This document shows, one piece after another, positions 30,868 through 41,972 of a DNA stretch of 64,000 nt. Origin of the DNA: Trichomonas gallinae (lineage: Eukaryota); contig MRSU01003251.1 of NCBI GenBank assembly GCA_008369845.1, forward strand, positions 1-64,000, in the 5' to 3' direction. A program made the translations under genes and the position numbers. Every line of letters begins with the position of its first letter. Position 1 is the stretch's first letter. The notes beneath the pieces were generated by a model that was not told the origin of the DNA, searched no databases, and saw only the letters and a list, made by a program, of their open reading frames with translations.

Positions 30868-31806
30868 ACTTTAAATAAAGTAAAATCATGAATTCTACGG
30901 AATAATGATTGAAAACAATATATTAATTCTCAAAATTCTTGTGCGGGAGGTCTTGTTCATTTGTTTATGATTTTCTTATCGCGCGAATGCTCAATGAAAT
31001 AACGGTCTTCGTTTCTATTTCAATCCGAGAAAAAAATATCAAAAAAATGATTTTAATTCAACTTGAATCACGTGTTCATTTGCACAACTCATAATATGAT
31101 CATAGTTTTATATATTATGCCTATGATAATCCGGCAATCATCATATTAATATGAAAAAAAATTTTTTTTTGGAGTAATAGAATCGAAATTCATATAACAC
31201 TAATTGAATATACTATAGCATCATATACATATTGTTATATATTAATAACTGAACAACTTTGGGTGTTATATCTGAAAAATTTTATATTTGTCGCAAAACA
31301 ACGAAAATATGATATGATTTTCGAGAATTGGCTAATATATAGTGTAAATAAGATGATGCGCAAAGATACAAAGGCCAATTCTTAGATATAAAAAAAAGTT
31401 GAGAAAATATTTGTCAAACTATGCGCTATCATGAGTCGCATTGAGATTGTGTAGTGATGGGATTGTATTTTATAAGGGACAGAAGATGATTTGTCGATTT
31501 TTTTAAAATGATAACGAATTTTTTTGTAAAGATTTGAAATTTATTTTGTAAAGGAAGTTTTCAATGAAAAGTTATCGTCGTGGATTTAAATAGAGAAATT
31601 TGTTGATATTTAGAAACTACACAAACAGGTTTATAAAAATAACAAATGAAATTGAAAAAACGTATAAAATTTTACAAAATATTGTCACTTTTTATTATGT
31701 TATAAAAAGATTAATTATCACTTAGTAATATTATTAGAAAATAAAGAGTACTAAAAAGTGACACAATAATTTCAATTCCTAAAAGTGACAAGAGTATTCG
31801 GGAATC

Positions 31807-33771
31807 ATGTCTAAATCTGAGAACATTAAAGTTGTTGTAAGATGTAGACCAATTTCCAAAAAAGAAGTCGATAAGGGATTTAAACCTATTATCAGGATAG
31901 AATCAGGCACAAATACCGTGTCTTTGACTAAAGGTGATAATGATCCTGACCCAAAGACTTTCACTTTTAACTCCGCGTATGCATGGGATTGCACACAACA
32001 GGATATATACGATGATGCCGGTCGTCCTATCGTTCAAGCTGTTTTAGATGGCTACAATGGAACAATTTTGGCGTACGGACAGACAGGTACAGGCAAAACA
32101 TACACAATGGAAGGTGTTGTAGATAATGAAGAACACAAAGGTATTATTTTGCACGCCTTTGACCATATATTCGCACACATTTCAACAGTCAAAGATCGCG
32201 AATTTCTCGTTAGAGCATCATTTTTGCAAATCTATATGGAAGATGTTTACGATCTTCTCGGTGACCCTAACAAAAAATTGCACGTTCGTTCATTAGAAAA
32301 TGATATCTGCGTCGTTGGTCTTTCCTCTCACATTGTGAAGACTCCACAAGAAATTACAGCCTTACTTATGCGTGGTAAAGATAACCGCGCTGTCGCAGCT
32401 ACAGCTATGAACGCTCAAAGTTCGAGATCTCACTCAGTTTTCACCGTTGTTGTTGAACAAAGCGGTGAGGAGAGTGGTACAAAGATGGGCAAGCTCCATC
32501 TCGTAGATCTAGCAGGTTCTGAGCGTCTTTCCAAGACAGAAGCGACAGGTCAACAAGCAAAAGAAGGCGCGAAGATCAACCAGTCACTTCTTTCACTCGG
32601 CAACGTTATCTCTGCTCTCGTTACAGGCGCAAAACACATCGCGTACAGAGACAGTAAACTTACACAGCTTTTGCAGGATTCATTGGGTGGAAATGCTAAA
32701 ACAGTTATGATTGCAACTCTTGGTCCAGCTTCTTACAACTATGATGAGACTCTCTCCACTCTTTTGTATGCTACTCGTGCCAGACAGATCAAGAATGCGC
32801 CAAGAGTCAACGAGGATCCTAAGGATGCTTTGCTCGGTCAGTTAAGACAGAAAATCGCTGAACTTAAGAAACAACTCGAATTACAAAACGCTGCAGCAGC
32901 TGCCAGTGGAATCGCGATGCCAACAACAGACAACGGCTTCCTCAAGGAGATAGAAGAGAAGCACAAGAAGCAGATGGAAGAATTGATGCAGTCTAAAAAC
33001 ATCAACGAAGAAGAGCGACAAAAAGCTAAGGCAGCTTTGGACGCTGAATATCAGAGAGAAAAATCGATTCAAAGCGAGTCCAAAGAACTGGAAGAGAAGA
33101 TCAAACAGATGGAGCAGAGCGTTTTAGTCGGTGGTGTCAACCTTTTAGATAAAGAGAAGCAACAGATGGAAGAAATCAGAGCAAACGAATCAAAGATGAG
33201 AGAGAAGCAAAAAGAACAAGAATTGTTAGAAGAAAAGAAACGCGAACAAGAAGAAGCAATTTTGATCGCAGAAAAGAAATACGGCTCATTGAAAGAAGAA
33301 CTTCAAGAGAAGTCCAAGAAGATAGAGAAACTCAAGCCATTGATTAGAGCCAAGCAGGCAGAAATCGACGATTTGCAGACACAGTTTGAAAACGAAAAAG
33401 CTGAACAGATAGAAAATATTAAGAGACTGAACAAAGAGCTCGGTTTATTGGAGCTCATTGCTCAGTCTTTCATTCCGGCCGAGGACTTGAAGAAGATTCA
33501 GGATAACTCGACATATGATATAGAGAATAAGAAGTGGATGATTCCGATGATAGATAAGGCGGGAAGGCATCAAAAGATAGAAGAAGTTGTCGAAGAAAAA
33601 GTTTTCATTGCTGGCATCAATGGACCGACAGCTTTGCTTAGCAGGACTAGATTGGACCAATACGTGCCTTCTAGAACTGAGAATGAGAAGGCAAAGATAA
33701 GGAGGAAGCATGCAGTACAACATGCACTCAATGAATTTGCGCTCATATCGGATATTATAAAGCCAAAATGA
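31807..33771 (+). CDS. Kinesin-2 (KIF3-like) motor subunit
   Basis: VVVRCRP, P-loop GQTGTGKT, NAQSSRSH, DLAGSER, RVNEDPKDALL neck, and LVGGVNLLDK in the stalk typical of kinesin-2. Confidence 0.93.
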   Translation: MSKSENIKVVVRCRPISKKEVDKGFKPIIRIESGTNTVSLTKGDNDPDPKTFTFNSAYAWDCTQQDIYDDAGRPIVQAVLDGYNGTILAYGQTGTGKTYTMEGVVDNEEHKGIILHAFDHIFAHISTVKDREFLVRASFLQIYMEDVYDLLGDPNKKLHVRSLENDICVVGLSSHIVKTPQEITALLMRGKDNRAVAATAMNAQSSRSHSVFTVVVEQSGEESGTKMGKLHLVDLAGSERLSKTEATGQQAKEGAKINQSLLSLGNVISALVTGAKHIAYRDSKLTQLLQDSLGGNAKTVMIATLGPASYNYDETLSTLLYATRARQIKNAPRVNEDPKDALLGQLRQKIAELKKQLELQNAAAAASGIAMPTTDNGFLKEIEEKHKKQMEELMQSKNINEEERQKAKAALDAEYQREKSIQSESKELEEKIKQMEQSVLVGGVNLLDKEKQQMEEIRANESKMREKQKEQELLEEKKREQEEAILIAEKKYGSLKEELQEKSKKIEKLKPLIRAKQAEIDDLQTQFENEKAEQIENIKRLNKELGLLELIAQSFIPAEDLKKIQDNSTYDIENKKWMIPMIDKAGRHQKIEEVVEEKVFIAGINGPTALLSRTRLDQYVPSRTENEKAKIRRKHAVQHALNEFALISDIIKPK

Positions 33772-34351
33772 ATTTGTTTTTGATTGAATAAAATTTTCTA
33801 TTATTTTGGATAAACTATTGTATATTTTAGCAATCCAACCTAAAATCAAAAATATATGAAATTCATTTTAAATATTGGTTTTATTGATATGTGCAAATGA
33901 ATATCAAAGGCATAAGAAATTGTTACCACTCATTTTTATTGCGAAATAAGGAAATAATTTCGAAAACCTTGAAATTTAGTGTTTCATCGTTACAGTTTGT
34001 GACAAAAACATTAGAATATGGTAATAGATTATATATAGATGCATGAAATGTTCTGATTTTATGGATCAAAATGACGATATTTTATAGGTTGCTTAAATAT
34101 CGACCAAGAACGATAAACATGGATTTTAATGTGCTTTAAAATGTATTGTACAGTTGTACACAAGATAATCCGCTTGATATTATTGTCTCCAAAATAATAA
34201 ATTCGTGATTTGGCGATTTTTTGTCGAAAAATAGTTTCTGTAGACAATTTCCTGTAATGATTGATAAGTAGCAAAAAACACATCGAAAAAAAATGCAAAA
34301 AAACTGACAATTTTTGTTTTTTTGCTTTTTTAGAATTTAAACTGGAATCAT

Positions 34352-37300
34352 ATGAGCGACTCGGACTTTAACTCCGAGTTCGATATGAACTCACCAGAAA
34401 ACAGCGCCCAAGGCAAAAATTCTCATAAACATGAGGAAGAATCGGAAAATTCCAATGGAGTAATTTCTGAATCTAAGCGAAGGACGACAAAAACACGTTA
34501 CAACGCTAACGAAGTGTCTGAATATTACTCTGATGGACATGATTATTACTCTGATGAATCGCAGTCAAGTAGCCAATCTTCAATCTCGAAAACAAGCTCG
34601 ATAGATTCATTGTACAACGAGAAAGGCGAATTTATCGAACGAACAGAAAGGAAAATCGACAAAGTTTTGTCCCATCGCTACGAACCAGATAAAAGTGTTT
34701 CATTTCTCGTAAAATTCGTTGGCAAATCATACAAGAGTTCTGAATGGATTCAAGAACCCCAAGACATCAAAAACCAAAACAAAATTAAGAAATATCTTTC
34801 AAGAAATCCATTAAATCCGCCATCAGAGCCTTTTTACCCTCCAAAATACGATATTCCCGAAAAAATACTTGCGCATCGCATAGTAGACGACAAGAGCGAG
34901 TACCTCGTCCTATGGACAGACTTAGATCGCGAAGAAGCAACATGGGAACTCGAAGAAACTCTCGACTGCAAAAATTTAATCAGCGAATACAACGCGCCTC
35001 CAGCGCCCGAGGACATCGAGAACAAGCCGAAACCGCCAGCATCCGCTTGGAAACCACTTCAAAATCCGCCTAAATCGAAATCTGGAAAAACACTTTACAG
35101 TTATCAGCTCGATGGCCTAAATTTTCTCATAAATTCATGGTACAAAAACCACAACTCGATCATTGCAGATGAAATGGGCCTCGGAAAAACAGCGCAAGTT
35201 TGCACCTTTTTAGATTATCTTTACAAAAGCGAACATCAATACGGCCCTTTTCTTATTATTGTCCCACTCAGTACTTTAGACCATTGGTATAGAGAACTTA
35301 CTGATTGGGCGGACTTAAAAATTTTGATATTACGAGGAACTAAATCTGAGCGCGAGTTGATATTTGCGCACGAATTATACTACGAAGATTCGACTATTCC
35401 TAGATTTCAAGTGCTTCTAACTACTAGTGAAATTGCTCTAAAAAGCAAATTAGTTTTTCAAGACTTTGACTGGCAAGTTCTCATATTTGATGAAGCACAT
35501 AGGCTCAAGAGTCATACTTCCAAGCTACTTCTCGCAATTAAAGACCTTAGTTCACATTTCAAAGTTTTAATGACGGGAACACCTCTTCAAAATAACATCA
35601 ATGAGTTGTTTACGCTACTTAACTTCATTGAACCACAGAAATTTGATGATAGAGATAGATTTAATGAACAATTTGCAGATCTTAGCGAAAAGAAACAGAT
35701 TTTAGAGCTAAAAAAGATGATACAGCCACTTATGCTTAGAAGACTCAAAGGTGATGTTGAGAAAAAACTTATTCCTTTAGAAGAAATTATTATCGAATGT
35801 GAAATGACGAAAACACAGCGTGAATATTATAAGGCTGTACTAAGCAAAAACAGAGAATTCTTAACAAGATGCGGAAAAATGCGTTTAACAAATCTTAACA
35901 ATATTTCGATGGAACTTAGAAAGGTTTGCAATCATCCATACTTGATTGCAGGAGCTGAAGATGCTATACTTATCGAAAAAATGCAGCAAATTGGAATGAA
36001 AGAAAAAACGAATGAATTCGAATTAGAAACATTAATTAGAACATCAGGAAAACTCATTCTTGTCGATAAGTTATTAGCTCATCTTAAGGCTGAAGGCCAT
36101 AGAGTTCTTATTTTTAGTCAAATGACAAAAATGTTAGATTTAATACAAGATATGCTAGCATATAGAGAATATAAATATCGTAGAATAGATGGTACAATTA
36201 GAGGCAAAGATAGACAAGCTTCTATTGATGATTTCCAAGAGCAAGATGATATATTTGTTTTCTTGCTCTGTACAAGGGCAGGTGGTGTCGGAATTAACTT
36301 AACTAGTGCTGATAGATGCATTATTTACGATTCAGATTGGAATCCACAAAATGATATTCAAGCCACCGCGAGATGTCATAGAATTGGTCAAACAAAAGAA
36401 GTAAAAATGTACAGATTGATCACAAAAAACACGTACGAGCGTATAATGTTCGGAACGGCTTCAAGAAAACTGGGATTAGACAAAGCGATTCTCGAAAACG
36501 ACTCAGAACACAGAGATGCTAAAGAATTAGAGAAAATGATCAAGATTGGTGCTTACCATGCATTCGAGGATGAAGAAAACGCAACAGATTTCAATGAGCA
36601 AGAAGATATTTTAGAAATTATCAAAAGAAGTGAAAAACACATCCACGACGCAAATTCAGGCCAAAGCTTTTCTAAATTGAGCTTTAATATATCTGAAGAT
36701 GAAGACGAGAAGATCGCTGACCCTAATTTCTGGCAGAAATATCTTGGCGATCCAGAGCAAGAAAACAAATCAGAAAACGAGCTGGAGGATAGAAGACCTC
36801 GACGCTCAAAATCATCATATTTCGTCGACATGTCTGATTCAGATGAAGAGGAAGAAATGGACGATGAAGACTCCGAAGCTGAAGAAAGCGATAATGAGCA
36901 GATAAAAGAAGCAGTTGCCAAGAAAATATACAACGCTTTCAACAAAAAAGTAACAAAACAATTTGTGCAATTTTTGATAAAATTTGGTTTTTCTCGCGCA
37001 AACGAATTCGTTCACGAAATCAAGCTGGACATGAGATCCAACGAAATGCTGTCTATTGCCAGGGTTTTTTTGAGGTGGATGATCAAAAACTGCGACACAG
37101 AGGCAGGAACATTTCCATTGATAGAAAAATTCATTAGAGAAAAACCTGATTATTTTGAGCAAGGTTTTACAAAGATAAGAGGCCCATCAGTCCAATCAAT
37201 TATCACAGAAAACTCAAAAGCGAGACTAAATAAAATACAAGTCGCTGAATACGTTTATCAATTATGTTCAACAGCGAATGATGTAGATGATATTGCTGTC

Positions 37301-39226
37301 CCAAATCTGACACCGAATCTCACCCCAACTTGGACGCAAAGTGATGATAGGAGGCTGCTCAAAATGACGTGGGAAGGCGGCTACGGAGAAGTCACAGCTG
37401 AAATGCTGGGAATTTCGAAAGATATAGAAACATGGAATATAACAGAAAGAGTCAGACAATTAATATTTACTATGCTTCAATCATATAATAACTACAAAAG
37501 CAGGCAGACTGGTTATAACATTGCTTTTAGCAATTCAACTATTAAAAAGTCTTTAGATCAGCTGAATGCGAAAGAACACGAGAAGATGCTGACTGTTATT
37601 CAAGACACAGGCCTTGCGAATAAGAAACTGTTCATGGAGAGAATTGGCATCAAAAACAGATCTCCTGAATTTTTGTTTAAACATGCAGAAAAACTGACAA
37701 GAGAATGCGAGCTGCTTGTTGATGGCGTAGAAATCAACCAGGACGCATTTCCTAAGCGATTGCAACTATCTAAGGCCAGACAAGTTGTTATTACGAATGC
37801 TATTATGAATAATTTGCAAAAATCACTCGATGAAGGAAAATTATCAGCCGAAAGAAGAGAAGTTGCAAAGCTAGTTTTAGACTGTGGATTTGAGAGCGCA
37901 GTGAGGAATGGTGTAGTACAGAAATACTTGAATCCTCTGCCATATACAGTCGACTATTTGCAGGACAAACTCGCCAGACAATTACAGATTTACCCAATCA
38001 TTCCTCTGGTTGTTTCTCCTTATTCGATGTACGCTTATATAGAAGACTCCGTTCTTACCTCTAAAAGCGCATCAGAGACAGCTTCAGCGAATGAATCTGG
38101 CGACGAAAACGAACCTTCATCACAATCGAATTCATCATCAAATTACACAAAGTCTAAATCATCAAAACCGGCCTCTCCACCACCACCTCCTCCTCCCCCA
38201 CCTCCTGTTTCTTCTTCATCATCTTCTTCTTTACATGCCAAATCAAGTTCAAAGCCTAAAGCAGCGCGCGAACCAAAATATATGAAACCAATTCCAAAAT
38301 CATTCACAGAAAATACAGAAGTAAATACATCGAACGGCGAACTTCCTTTACACATTGGATCATGTCTTGTTATCAAATCACTTGGAAAGATAGTTTACGA
38401 TAGAGAAGCATACCACAACGAAAGATACGCTTATCCAGTTGGCTTCGTCAGCGAGCACCTCTTCAGCTCACCTGAAGACCCGAAGAAAAGAGTCTGGTAC
38501 CAGTCTTTGATCCTCGATGGCGGCGAAAAACCGATTTTCAGGGTCAGAGTCAAAGACGAGCCAGACATTTTCTATGACGGAAACGTTCCTTCGAATCCAT
38601 GGCTTGCTGCAATCAGGACAGTTGAAGAGCGCAAGAGGCAACTCGGCATGCAAACGTGCAAGAATGTTTCCGTTTCAGGTCCAGGATACTACGGACTGAG
38701 CTCATCACAAGTCATGAAGATGATCATGAAACTGCCGAATGTCGATAAACTCAAGAAGCTCAAGAAGATTGATTTCGAAGAGCTGAATGAGCCACTCAAG
38801 ATTCAGTCTAGGAATGCAGACTCAAAGCCAGAGCCTCCTGAAAAAAAGCCAGTGGAAACAAAGCTCGCTGAGAAGAAGCCAGTCAAATCACATCTTTCCA
38901 CGACGATGAAATACAAAGTTAACTACAAGAAGATCACAAAGCATGACGTGATGGACAGCGACGACGCTGAAGCTATTGGTGCTGCCCTCATTGATGCTGA
39001 CAATGGATCAAGTGCAGAAATCTCTTCGTCGGAATTCGATGACTCACCCCCTATAGATTTCGACGATGAATCTGACAAAGAATTTATTGACCACTCACTC
39101 AAGAGAACGTCTGTTCTTACGTTCGACTTCTCGAAGCTTATCGAAGCAGCACGTGAAAGTGAGATACATATTAAGCTCCCACCAACATTTATTAATATGT
39201 TTGGTACACTTCAAGATTGTTTATAA
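34352..39226 (+). CDS. CHD-type SNF2 chromatin remodeller with tandem chromodomains and FYRN/FYRC
   Basis: Chromodomains (FLVKFVGKSY..W; YLVLWTDLDREEATWE), DEMGLGKT, DEAH, TGTPLQNN, DSDWNPQNDIQATARCHRIGQ; C-terminal LGKIV..YHNERYAYPVGF (FYRN) and SGPGYYGLS (FYRC). Confidence 0.95.
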   Translation: MSDSDFNSEFDMNSPENSAQGKNSHKHEEESENSNGVISESKRRTTKTRYNANEVSEYYSDGHDYYSDESQSSSQSSISKTSSIDSLYNEKGEFIERTERKIDKVLSHRYEPDKSVSFLVKFVGKSYKSSEWIQEPQDIKNQNKIKKYLSRNPLNPPSEPFYPPKYDIPEKILAHRIVDDKSEYLVLWTDLDREEATWELEETLDCKNLISEYNAPPAPEDIENKPKPPASAWKPLQNPPKSKSGKTLYSYQLDGLNFLINSWYKNHNSIIADEMGLGKTAQVCTFLDYLYKSEHQYGPFLIIVPLSTLDHWYRELTDWADLKILILRGTKSERELIFAHELYYEDSTIPRFQVLLTTSEIALKSKLVFQDFDWQVLIFDEAHRLKSHTSKLLLAIKDLSSHFKVLMTGTPLQNNINELFTLLNFIEPQKFDDRDRFNEQFADLSEKKQILELKKMIQPLMLRRLKGDVEKKLIPLEEIIIECEMTKTQREYYKAVLSKNREFLTRCGKMRLTNLNNISMELRKVCNHPYLIAGAEDAILIEKMQQIGMKEKTNEFELETLIRTSGKLILVDKLLAHLKAEGHRVLIFSQMTKMLDLIQDMLAYREYKYRRIDGTIRGKDRQASIDDFQEQDDIFVFLLCTRAGGVGINLTSADRCIIYDSDWNPQNDIQATARCHRIGQTKEVKMYRLITKNTYERIMFGTASRKLGLDKAILENDSEHRDAKELEKMIKIGAYHAFEDEENATDFNEQEDILEIIKRSEKHIHDANSGQSFSKLSFNISEDEDEKIADPNFWQKYLGDPEQENKSENELEDRRPRRSKSSYFVDMSDSDEEEEMDDEDSEAEESDNEQIKEAVAKKIYNAFNKKVTKQFVQFLIKFGFSRANEFVHEIKLDMRSNEMLSIARVFLRWMIKNCDTEAGTFPLIEKFIREKPDYFEQGFTKIRGPSVQSIITENSKARLNKIQVAEYVYQLCSTANDVDDIAVPNLTPNLTPTWTQSDDRRLLKMTWEGGYGEVTAEMLGISKDIETWNITERVRQLIFTMLQSYNNYKSRQTGYNIAFSNSTIKKSLDQLNAKEHEKMLTVIQDTGLANKKLFMERIGIKNRSPEFLFKHAEKLTRECELLVDGVEINQDAFPKRLQLSKARQVVITNAIMNNLQKSLDEGKLSAERREVAKLVLDCGFESAVRNGVVQKYLNPLPYTVDYLQDKLARQLQIYPIIPLVVSPYSMYAYIEDSVLTSKSASETASANESGDENEPSSQSNSSSNYTKSKSSKPASPPPPPPPPPPVSSSSSSSLHAKSSSKPKAAREPKYMKPIPKSFTENTEVNTSNGELPLHIGSCLVIKSLGKIVYDREAYHNERYAYPVGFVSEHLFSSPEDPKKRVWYQSLILDGGEKPIFRVRVKDEPDIFYDGNVPSNPWLAAIRTVEERKRQLGMQTCKNVSVSGPGYYGLSSSQVMKMIMKLPNVDKLKKLKKIDFEELNEPLKIQSRNADSKPEPPEKKPVETKLAEKKPVKSHLSTTMKYKVNYKKITKHDVMDSDDAEAIGAALIDADNGSSAEISSSEFDDSPPIDFDDESDKEFIDHSLKRTSVLTFDFSKLIEAARESEIHIKLPPTFINMFGTLQDCL

Positions 39227-40083
39227 CTTTTTTTCTTTTTATATTGTCTTTTATAAAGTTAATTGTTGATTATTTATTTAAGTCAGACCTTTTTGTAATC
39301 ATCCAATAGCAAATTTATTGACTAGTCAAAGAAAAAAATTATTAAATTGACTTGGATGGAAAATCAATGAAAAAATTTGACTTGGATGCGGAAAACTAAT
39401 TCATCTGAATGTTGTTTCAAATTCAATTTTGATGTCTTATCAATTTGACATTTTTCAATTTACATTCATATTTTTGACATGTAAAATTCGGTTTGAATAA
39501 TTTTCAATCTACATTATTTAGACTCCACATTATGGATAATAATTCCATTATGAATCGCTATATTATATCCATTGTGCTTTTTGTGCTATAAGCTTCTTGT
39601 AATGAAATCTGATATCAATCTTCAAAATGAATCAGGAAAATCAGTGCATAACACTTAGTATTCGATTATATTTTATATATATTAATAGAATTTATTGTCA
39701 CTAGTGGTTAGAAGCTCCATAAGTAGCCAGGCCAAAAACTATTGTTTTTTATTGAGTCGTCAATTTGACAATGTAAATTTTTTCAATTTTGACAAATTTT
39801 TTCGTAAAATTCTCTCAAAAAAATATACGTTAATTTATCAATAACTCTCGTTTTAAAAAATAATCAAAATTTACCAGTTATTTTGATATATAATCATGAT
39901 TTTCACCTTAAAATCGAAAAAAGAAAATAAATAAACGGTGATTTTTTTATATTTTAATCATTGATCATTATGTAATATAGAATAAGAATATGAAGAAAAA
40001 AAGTAAATATGTAAACGATGCCCCCTGAAATTATTCGATCAACCCCTCTATCTTATTTTTTTATAATTACCAAAACTCTTAGA

Positions 40084-41478
40084 ATGATTCCTAAGCAAGT
40101 GAGCTGCATGATCACTGGTGTTGCACACACAGTGGTTACTAAGAGCCAAAACGTTAAGAAGTTGGAAAGTTACTGCAAGCAAACCTTTCAAAGATTAAAT
40201 CGAGGTGAAAAAATCTATTTCGCAGTCGATTGTGAAGGTTTTGCTCTGGGAACGTCATTGAATTCACTTGGGCTCCTCCAATTCGCAGAATGCTACCACG
40301 ATGGTATACCTCCTGAGAATAAATCAATACAATTGAAACCAGGATTCCTTGTAAGAACTCCTTTCACCCCTGAAACAATAAAAGGCCTATCATCAATCTT
40401 CTCACACAGAAATTCTCGCCTTATTATGTTCGCCTGCGCTGGTGATGTTTCAATGCTGATGCATAATCAAATTCAGATTGAACTATCAAATGTCATCGAT
40501 TGCCAAGCCATAGAAACATGGTCCCGCAGCCTTTTAAGCACTGTTCAGCAAGCAAATAATGTTTTTGAATACAATATCGCAGGTGAAGTCTTAAATATGA
40601 AGCAAAGCGTATGCTTCGAGCAGATCTACTACCAGCACTACAAAGAAAAAGACCCATTCTCATCAATGTTAACTGAAGAATTTTGGAAATACTCAGCAAA
40701 CGATATTGCCCTCACCGCATTAGCTCTAGCTGGAGCCCTTAAACTCAACAACTACAATCTTAATGAGCTTGTTCATAATTCAAGCACAATTACGTCAGAT
40801 ATTTTATATTTGATTGAAAGCTTTGGCATATTAGCTCCATCCATCAATAGAGCTGTGCAGTTCGAACCAAAATGCATGAATGGACGCATTCCAAATTCCG
40901 AAAAGGCGCTGAAATTATTTTATACAACTTCCGTCTACATTTCTAACTATGATTTGTACCAAGAACTTTGCCCTGATTATAAGAGGTATACAAAAACTGA
41001 GCTAACGAAGGCAAATAAGAAGGCTTTGCAATTTTTGAATTCAACATCATCTCCAAAAGCAACCGCAAAGAGCAAAAATTCACCTAGTAAGTATAAGAGT
41101 CCAACTGTAGTAACAAAGAGTGACCATTCCACTAAATTAGTTTTCGAAACAAATAATAAGAATGATAAAAAGCCAATTCAGGTACAGAACATCCTACAAT
41201 ACGAGAATTACTGCATAGGAAACTACTTGTATCCATTTTACTATCCATATTTAACAAATGATCTGCAATTTTATTCAAATCCAAACGCAAACCAGAACTA
41301 CTTCCAGATGTTTGGTTTTGCAAAACAAGATCCTTCAAATACAATTGGAAATTATAATAGCACTAAGAATCTTCAGTCATTTGGTTTTCAACCAGATCAG
41401 CTATTCAGAGAGAACTGCTATGTACATAGTGTGCATAGTGAGTCAAGACAAAGCAGGATTCGTAGAATGAGAAATTAA
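40084..41478 (+). CDS. DEDD 3'-5' exonuclease (EXD1/RNase D-like)
   Basis: ExoI AVDCEG, LGLLQF, ExoII FACAGD, VIDCQ, ExoIII YSANDI; low-complexity N/Q/Y tail. Start is 40084 or 40018 (uncertain). Confidence 0.8.
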   Translation: MIPKQVSCMITGVAHTVVTKSQNVKKLESYCKQTFQRLNRGEKIYFAVDCEGFALGTSLNSLGLLQFAECYHDGIPPENKSIQLKPGFLVRTPFTPETIKGLSSIFSHRNSRLIMFACAGDVSMLMHNQIQIELSNVIDCQAIETWSRSLLSTVQQANNVFEYNIAGEVLNMKQSVCFEQIYYQHYKEKDPFSSMLTEEFWKYSANDIALTALALAGALKLNNYNLNELVHNSSTITSDILYLIESFGILAPSINRAVQFEPKCMNGRIPNSEKALKLFYTTSVYISNYDLYQELCPDYKRYTKTELTKANKKALQFLNSTSSPKATAKSKNSPSKYKSPTVVTKSDHSTKLVFETNNKNDKKPIQVQNILQYENYCIGNYLYPFYYPYLTNDLQFYSNPNANQNYFQMFGFAKQDPSNTIGNYNSTKNLQSFGFQPDQLFRENCYVHSVHSESRQSRIRRMRN

Positions 41479-41580
41479 TTTTCTAAATTATGTTTGTAGA
41501 ATGTTATTCATTAGAAAATGTGATTGTTAAAACATGAAAAATTAATCGGAATAAAAAAGGTTTAAAAGTTGAAATTACCT

Positions 41581-41858
41581 GACTTTACAATATATTTATG
41601 TGGCAGAAACACTAAAATTATTTGCCACGAATTTTGACTTTACAATATATTTATTTGGCCGAATTTTGGGACTTATTTAAGAGCTGGACAAATGATGCTT
41701 CTCACATAGTAATGCAACATATTTAGCATATATATAGGTATACCAGCAGTGATAAAATTTATCGGTGCCCAATAGATGGTCCTATACCCGATTTCAATTC
41801 AACTACACTTTTATTTATCAGGAATTTTTGACTTTACAAAATATTTATTTGGCAGAAA
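41581..41858. repeat. Three copies of a ~28-30 bp direct repeat
   Basis: gactttacaa(t/a)atatttat(g/t)tggc(a/c)gaa at 41581, 41636 and 41830. Confidence 0.9.
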
Positions 41859-41972
41859 ATATGACTTCACTTCACATGAATAAGAACTGCGATCATCGCT
41901 AGCATAGCATTATAGACATGTATTTATTGTGTATGTTCGAATGATCGGTGAAAAAATCGACTAATTTTTATA

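Noticed and set aside
39344..39400. Short direct repeat TTGACTTGGATG x2 downstream of the CHD gene
   Set aside because: Only two 12-bp copies; explainable as a local slippage duplication.
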